NCBI GenBank assembly: GCA_000002445.1
Contig: CP000066.1
Location: 1,376,001 to 1,440,000, forward strand
DNA from: Trypanosoma brucei
Taxonomy: Eukaryota
Length of the DNA stretch: 64,000 nt
Direction: 5' to 3'
Position numbers and translations under genes: made by a program. Each line of letters opens with the position of its first letter. Within the stretch, counting starts at the first letter, position 1. Shown here one piece after another: positions 59,684 to 64,000 of the stretch. The notes below the pieces were generated by a model. It was not told the DNA's origin and did no database searches. It saw only the letters and a list, made by a program, of their open reading frames with translations.

Positions 59684-61804
59684 ATGTGGAAAACTAAGGG
59701 GCGTGGTGTTTCCACTTCCCCCGAATTGCGTGCACTCGTGCAAGTAATACGGGCTGCAGACAAGAAGGACTTTCCCGAACTCGTCCATCCCGGGCAGCGC
59801 CACCCGCCCATCGCCGCGCTGCAGCAAATGGTGAAAGAAATTACGGGCCGAGTGCTCACCTCGGAGGAACTTCAGTTGTTCAGCGTCATGTATATGAGTG
59901 TTGAGTACCGTCTGTGTGGTGTGGATCCCATGACACTGCCAGAATCGCTCGTGGGTGACGCTTTGAGTCTTACATTCCGTCTCGAATCGGCCTGTATTAA
60001 GGCGGGTATATCGCTGCTGAACGTCTTTCCTTGTATTAGCGCCGCGCACAATTATTTTCTTGAAATTAGAGGGTTCAAATTTTCCGTGAAGCTTGTACCT
60101 GTGTTCTACCGACTCTCTGATGCTATATGCGGTTTACTGCACCGTGCGCTGGATAAGGTAAATGAGTACAAAGCTAGAGGCGATTGGAGGCCGGCTTCGC
60201 CCCTTTCAAGGGCCGCCAAATCCAGTTTAAACCAGTTTTCAGAAGGAGAACTGTGTGATGACATCGTTTTATGGGAGAAGGTGACTGGAAATGTGCCAGA
60301 AGATATTCTTGATGTACTCACAGACATTGACGGGGATGTGGACGAACTACTGGCACATTTAAAATGGTACGTAGAGGCTTGTAGAGAAACTATTTATATT
60401 GACACAGCCAACTTCACAGACGATATCTATGTAAGGAGGCTTTGGAATTCGTATGTTGGAAAAGGGATGCCGGCGTGCTTCGCTGAGAGTTGCTCCCCAG
60501 CACTAAGTTTGTTGCCCAAGTGCCTTCATGAGCCGGTTATGGACGTGTTAAATTATAGGGATTGTGGTGTTATCTCCTTGTATTCACTGAAGCGTCTGTT
60601 GGACATTTGGGGCCCGTTTCTGCTTCTTGGTCGAAACATGAAGGATGATGTCGCTATGGGTGTGTTTGACTTCGGACACTCGTTGGAATATCGGTGCAAA
60701 ACGTTTGCGCGACGGGAGGATGCGCGGGAGGGGGACTACGTGTTGATGCTTAGTAATGTCCCTTCTGAGGTACTTGCGTTAGTGCTCGTCCAGCGACGGG
60801 GTGCTATTGAGCAACAGGACCCGGGTGAGTGTAAAAGGAGGAATAGAACTCTTGCAGTTAAAAGGATTCGTTTCACGCAGAGTTCAGGTGCCTGGGTTCC
60901 GGATGGGCTGACGGTGGAGGAATTCGACAGCATCGGGGCGGCTTGCCGCGCGTTTCCCGAGGTTTTCCAGCGGCCCTGCGGTACACAATATGATGTGGAG
61001 CAGTGCAGCGATGCTCGCGCCTTGGTGGATAGCGGAATAGACAACGACATGGCACATAATGTCTCGAGTTTGCATCGTGCTTGCTTCCGAAATAATGTGC
61101 GGTACGTGAAGACGTTACTTTCACGCGGTGTTGCGGTTATTGTGAATACCAGTATAATAGATCCTGTTGTATCATCACGGTACTGCTGGACACCACTCCT
61201 TTGTGCTGTGAACAACCCCAACAGTGACCCTAGTGAAGTGGTGCAGATGTTGCTGAATGAGGGTGCCGATGCATATATATGTGATAATGCAAAATGCACG
61301 GCATTGTACTATGCCATAGCCAATGGCTACGCTGAGGCTGCCCGTATTCTGTTGAAGCACTTCCCCGATCTGCGTCCGTCTCCCTGGACGGAGTCTCTTC
61401 TCGTCGCTCTCGGTGCACATCACTTTCATGCGCACGAGGGTGATATCCGCCGTCTTGCGGATTTGATTCCTTCAGCAGCGATGATGCGTGTGCTTTTACC
61501 GAGGGAAAATAATCTTCGATTTGTTCAGCTTTGCGTGGACATCATCGCGGGAAAACTTTGCGGTGTGGACCGACTACCGCGGCCGGAGGACGACATCACC
61601 CTGTGGCATCCCGATGGTGATGTCGAGCTGCGCACCGTTGAAGAAGAGGAATATTTAACGAAGATTGTCTTTTACCATGGTGTGCATTGCCGAGAAAACG
61701 TTGATGAGGTTTCCGTCGCTGCTCAGCTCCTTTATCATCGTTGTTATTATCTTTCGTGCAGGGAACACTTTGGTCTGGCTGTGGAGACGCCGCAAAATTC
61801 ATAA
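59684..61804 (+). CDS. Hypothetical protein with C-terminal ankyrin repeats (about 705 aa); start moved to MWKTKGRG
   Basis: The ORF track start at 59570 translates a CT-rich tract. Ank-like units appear in the C-terminal third (MAHNVSSLHRACFRNNVRYVKTLLSRGVAV, WTPLLCAVNNPNSDPSEVVQMLLNEGADAY, KCTALYYAIANGYAEAARILLKHFPDL). Confidence 0.55.
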   Translation: MWKTKGRGVSTSPELRALVQVIRAADKKDFPELVHPGQRHPPIAALQQMVKEITGRVLTSEELQLFSVMYMSVEYRLCGVDPMTLPESLVGDALSLTFRLESACIKAGISLLNVFPCISAAHNYFLEIRGFKFSVKLVPVFYRLSDAICGLLHRALDKVNEYKARGDWRPASPLSRAAKSSLNQFSEGELCDDIVLWEKVTGNVPEDILDVLTDIDGDVDELLAHLKWYVEACRETIYIDTANFTDDIYVRRLWNSYVGKGMPACFAESCSPALSLLPKCLHEPVMDVLNYRDCGVISLYSLKRLLDIWGPFLLLGRNMKDDVAMGVFDFGHSLEYRCKTFARREDAREGDYVLMLSNVPSEVLALVLVQRRGAIEQQDPGECKRRNRTLAVKRIRFTQSSGAWVPDGLTVEEFDSIGAACRAFPEVFQRPCGTQYDVEQCSDARALVDSGIDNDMAHNVSSLHRACFRNNVRYVKTLLSRGVAVIVNTSIIDPVVSSRYCWTPLLCAVNNPNSDPSEVVQMLLNEGADAYICDNAKCTALYYAIANGYAEAARILLKHFPDLRPSPWTESLLVALGAHHFHAHEGDIRRLADLIPSAAMMRVLLPRENNLRFVQLCVDIIAGKLCGVDRLPRPEDDITLWHPDGDVELRTVEEEEYLTKIVFYHGVHCRENVDEVSVAAQLLYHRCYYLSCREHFGLAVETPQNS

Positions 61805-62303
61805 GGGTCAATCACTCACGTGAGTCTGAGTGCACTGAGCTGCAGAGACATTTCCCCAGAAGTGACCCTGAAACCTGTTGGACACAATTACTGCCGGTGT
61901 CTGAGTGCGGTGTGGGCATACTTGGGTTCTGTATCTGATCCTTGTTGTTTTCTCCCTTCTTATCTTTGTCTTTTTGTTTCCCTAGTTTGCTCTGCATTCG
62001 AGATGAGTACTGTATATTCTTTAATTGATTCCCTCCAAGCCCTCCTCTTTTCTTGACTATATTGCGTTGTTGAATGTAGATGTGCATGGTTGTATTTGGT
62101 TATGATACCCCGTTGCTTGCGGGCGCGTTGCACGAGATTGCATGGAGGGCGCGTGTGAGGCTTCTTTTCCTCCAGAGTTCCTTCATTTTCCTCCTGTTTC
62201 AATCCTCATCTGCATTTGTTTTCTTTTCTCTCTTTTTTTTCTTCGCAAACTACAAATACATTTGGTTATGTTCCTCTCTATGTTTTTTTTTAAATCTGTC
62301 ATC

Positions 62304-62337
62304 AATAATAATAATAATAATTATTATTATTATTATT
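62304..62337. repeat. (AAT)n immediately followed by (ATT)n; a self-complementary trinucleotide microsatellite
   Basis: aataataataataataattattattattattatt. It can form a perfect hairpin, and it translates as N5Y5 in the spurious 5' ORF extension. Confidence 0.9.
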
Positions 62338-62363
62338 GCGTTACGTATAGCGCTTACAGAAAC

Positions 62364-63500
62364 ATGTCGCCCCACAACAAGCGCTCCATGGAACAAAAGA
62401 AGAGGAATAAAGACCGTATCGCCGCCTACCACGGGCAAAGGGTCAACTCGCATGGAGGTCACCGAAATTCGCATTCGCATTCGGGCCACCGGCACCGCGG
62501 CGGGCATACTGTTAGGAGAAACCGCATTTACGACCCGGGAAATCCGTTTGATAGGCAACTCTTCGACTATTTGATTGTCGTGGACGTGGAAGCGACATGC
62601 GAGTATAAAAATGACAATTATCCCCACGAAATTATTGAATTACCCGGTGTATTAGTTGACGTGAGGCGTGGCGTTGTAGACAAGGAACGTTCGTTTCGTT
62701 CATATGTGCGACCGCAACGTAATCCTCTTCTCACCCCTTTCTGTAAAGCACTCACAGGAATAACGCAGGAGGATGTTGACAGCGCACCAACCCTCCAGGA
62801 AGTTGTGAAGTTATTTGAGCAGTGGTACACCGAAACGATTCCACGCGGTGCAAAAGTTGCCTTGGCTACGGACGGGCCTTGGGATTTGAAAAACTTTGTG
62901 CACGAGCACTCCATCTTGCGTGATCATATTAGTTTCCCCACCATCTTTTACGAATATCTGGACATCCGCACGACCTTTGCACACTTCTTCAATCGTGGTA
63001 CGCCTTTAAAACTAGTTCCCATGCTTGAACGGTTGCAGCTAACATTTGAGGGACGTGAGCACTGCGGTTTTGACGATGCGGTGAATATTGCCCGCCTCGC
63101 GGTGTCTATGATGCGTGCGGGATGTGTGTTCAACTACCTCGTGGCAATCCCATTAACTGATGAATTTCACTACGACATGCCAAATACTGCGTTGTACCGC
63201 CGAAAGGAGGGGAGCGGTTATCTTGACCCTGATGTTGTTGATGACATTGCGAAGAAATGCTTTGGAGTAGATTACTTTACATTCGGTGAGAGACATATGG
63301 CAGAGGTGATGGAACACCGGCGCCGCTACCCTCAAAACTTCAACCAACGCAACCAACTGTGGAAACAAACGAAAATGAAGAATCGCGGCCGCAGGTTGTA
63401 CGGCGTTCGCTTCAGAATGGTAGCCGTTGCCGTCTTGGCTCTGCTTGGATTAGTTTTGTTTTTGTTGCTCATTTACCGGAAAGTGATGACGCTGCTCTAA
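62364..63500 (+). CDS. DEDDh 3'-5' exonuclease (ERI-1/3'hExo/RNase T-like) with a His/Arg-rich N-terminus and a C-terminal transmembrane helix
   Basis: Exo I motif LIVVDVEATCE. Exo II region KVALATDGPWDLKNFV. Exo III motif with the H-x4-D signature (HCGFDDAVNIARL), which marks the DEDDh subfamily. N-terminal HGGHRNSHSHSGHRHRGGH tract. C-terminal MVAVAVLALLGLVLFLLLIY followed by RKVMTLL and the stop. Start taken at MSPHNKRS; the track start at 62142 lies in pyrimidine/low-complexity sequence. Confidence 0.8.
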   Translation: MSPHNKRSMEQKKRNKDRIAAYHGQRVNSHGGHRNSHSHSGHRHRGGHTVRRNRIYDPGNPFDRQLFDYLIVVDVEATCEYKNDNYPHEIIELPGVLVDVRRGVVDKERSFRSYVRPQRNPLLTPFCKALTGITQEDVDSAPTLQEVVKLFEQWYTETIPRGAKVALATDGPWDLKNFVHEHSILRDHISFPTIFYEYLDIRTTFAHFFNRGTPLKLVPMLERLQLTFEGREHCGFDDAVNIARLAVSMMRAGCVFNYLVAIPLTDEFHYDMPNTALYRRKEGSGYLDPDVVDDIAKKCFGVDYFTFGERHMAEVMEHRRRYPQNFNQRNQLWKQTKMKNRGRRLYGVRFRMVAVAVLALLGLVLFLLLIYRKVMTLL

Positions 63501-64000
63501 CTGCTATTTTTTTCTTTTTCTTTTGTTGTTCTTATACTGCTTTAGATGTGAAGCAAAGTGCTTGGGTGGTTAAGCAACACTGTTTGTGTTTGCGTATGTG
63601 TGGGGAGTTAGCTGAGAGTTTGGTTGCCAACGTTGATGTTTGTTGTGCGCGTTGTCTTCCGCGTGTCCCCTTATCGTGTTGAAGGGGTAGTGATGTAGCC
63701 GATCCTAACGAAGGGGGAGGGAGTGGAGTCATCGAACTGAAATAACTCAATTAGTGAAAAAACAAAAAAAAATTAATAATAATAATACAACAACAACAAC
63801 AACCTCCAATTGTCGTGTAATGGTGGAATAAAAGGGGGAACCACGACTATAAACACATTAAAAGGGATTAGGGTTGATGTGGACGTGAAGGATGGAAATT
63901 TGATACACGCCGCCTCTTTACTCGTCCTCATTTTAACTTCTTTACGTCTGTCCCAACTAATCTCATCGCCATGTGTTGTTGTGTTGTCCGGGTTTAGAGG

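Noticed and set aside
1-64000. Prokaryote-style features: CRISPR arrays, operons, IS elements, defence systems
   Set aside because: Gene content (kinesin, Ku70, XPB, RPL4, SPP, LETM1), intron-less unidirectional organisation and spacer structure indicate a kinetoplastid nuclear genome. No direct-repeat/spacer arrays or terminal inverted repeats were seen.

Overview
This window reads as nuclear DNA from a trypanosomatid (Trypanosoma; coding GC and AT-rich spacers fit an African-trypanosome-like genome), not as a prokaryotic locus. Every long ORF (about 25) is on the + strand with no introns. Spacers carry pyrimidine tracts and (TA)n, (CA)n and (GTTT)n microsatellites, which is the layout of a single directional polycistronic transcription unit. 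I found no CRISPR array, operon, defence island or mobile element, and no rRNA, tRNA, snRNA or snoRNA that I could recognise by eye. Genes recognised from protein motifs, in order: tRNA isopentenyltransferase (Mod5-type, with a zinc finger), signal peptide peptidase, a LETM1 homologue whose 5' end is broken across three reading frames, the ovothiol enzyme OvoA (5-histidylcysteine sulfoxide synthase), a kinesin with a long coiled coil, an internal near-identical tandem duplication and a C-terminal RanBP2-type zinc finger, an R/D/S-repeat protein, a coiled-coil gene split by a one-base frameshift in a C5 run, an MDR-family quinone oxidoreductase, a large protein with several cyclic-nucleotide-binding-like domains, Ku70, ribosomal protein L4, two ankyrin-repeat proteins, a membrane-anchored tryparedoxin-like protein (WCPPCR), an XPB/ERCC3 helicase with a Cys-rich C-terminal extension, and a DEDDh (ERI-1/RNase T-like) exonuclease with a C-terminal transmembrane helix. 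Several others are hypothetical proteins. Other points of note are two apparent gene disruptions that both map to C homopolymers, unusually long G and C homopolymers (9 to 11 nt) scattered across the window, and a 3 kb AT-rich low-complexity spacer at 49966-53043 whose strand composition flips twice. All identifications rest on motifs read from the translations and remembered family signatures. No database search was run.
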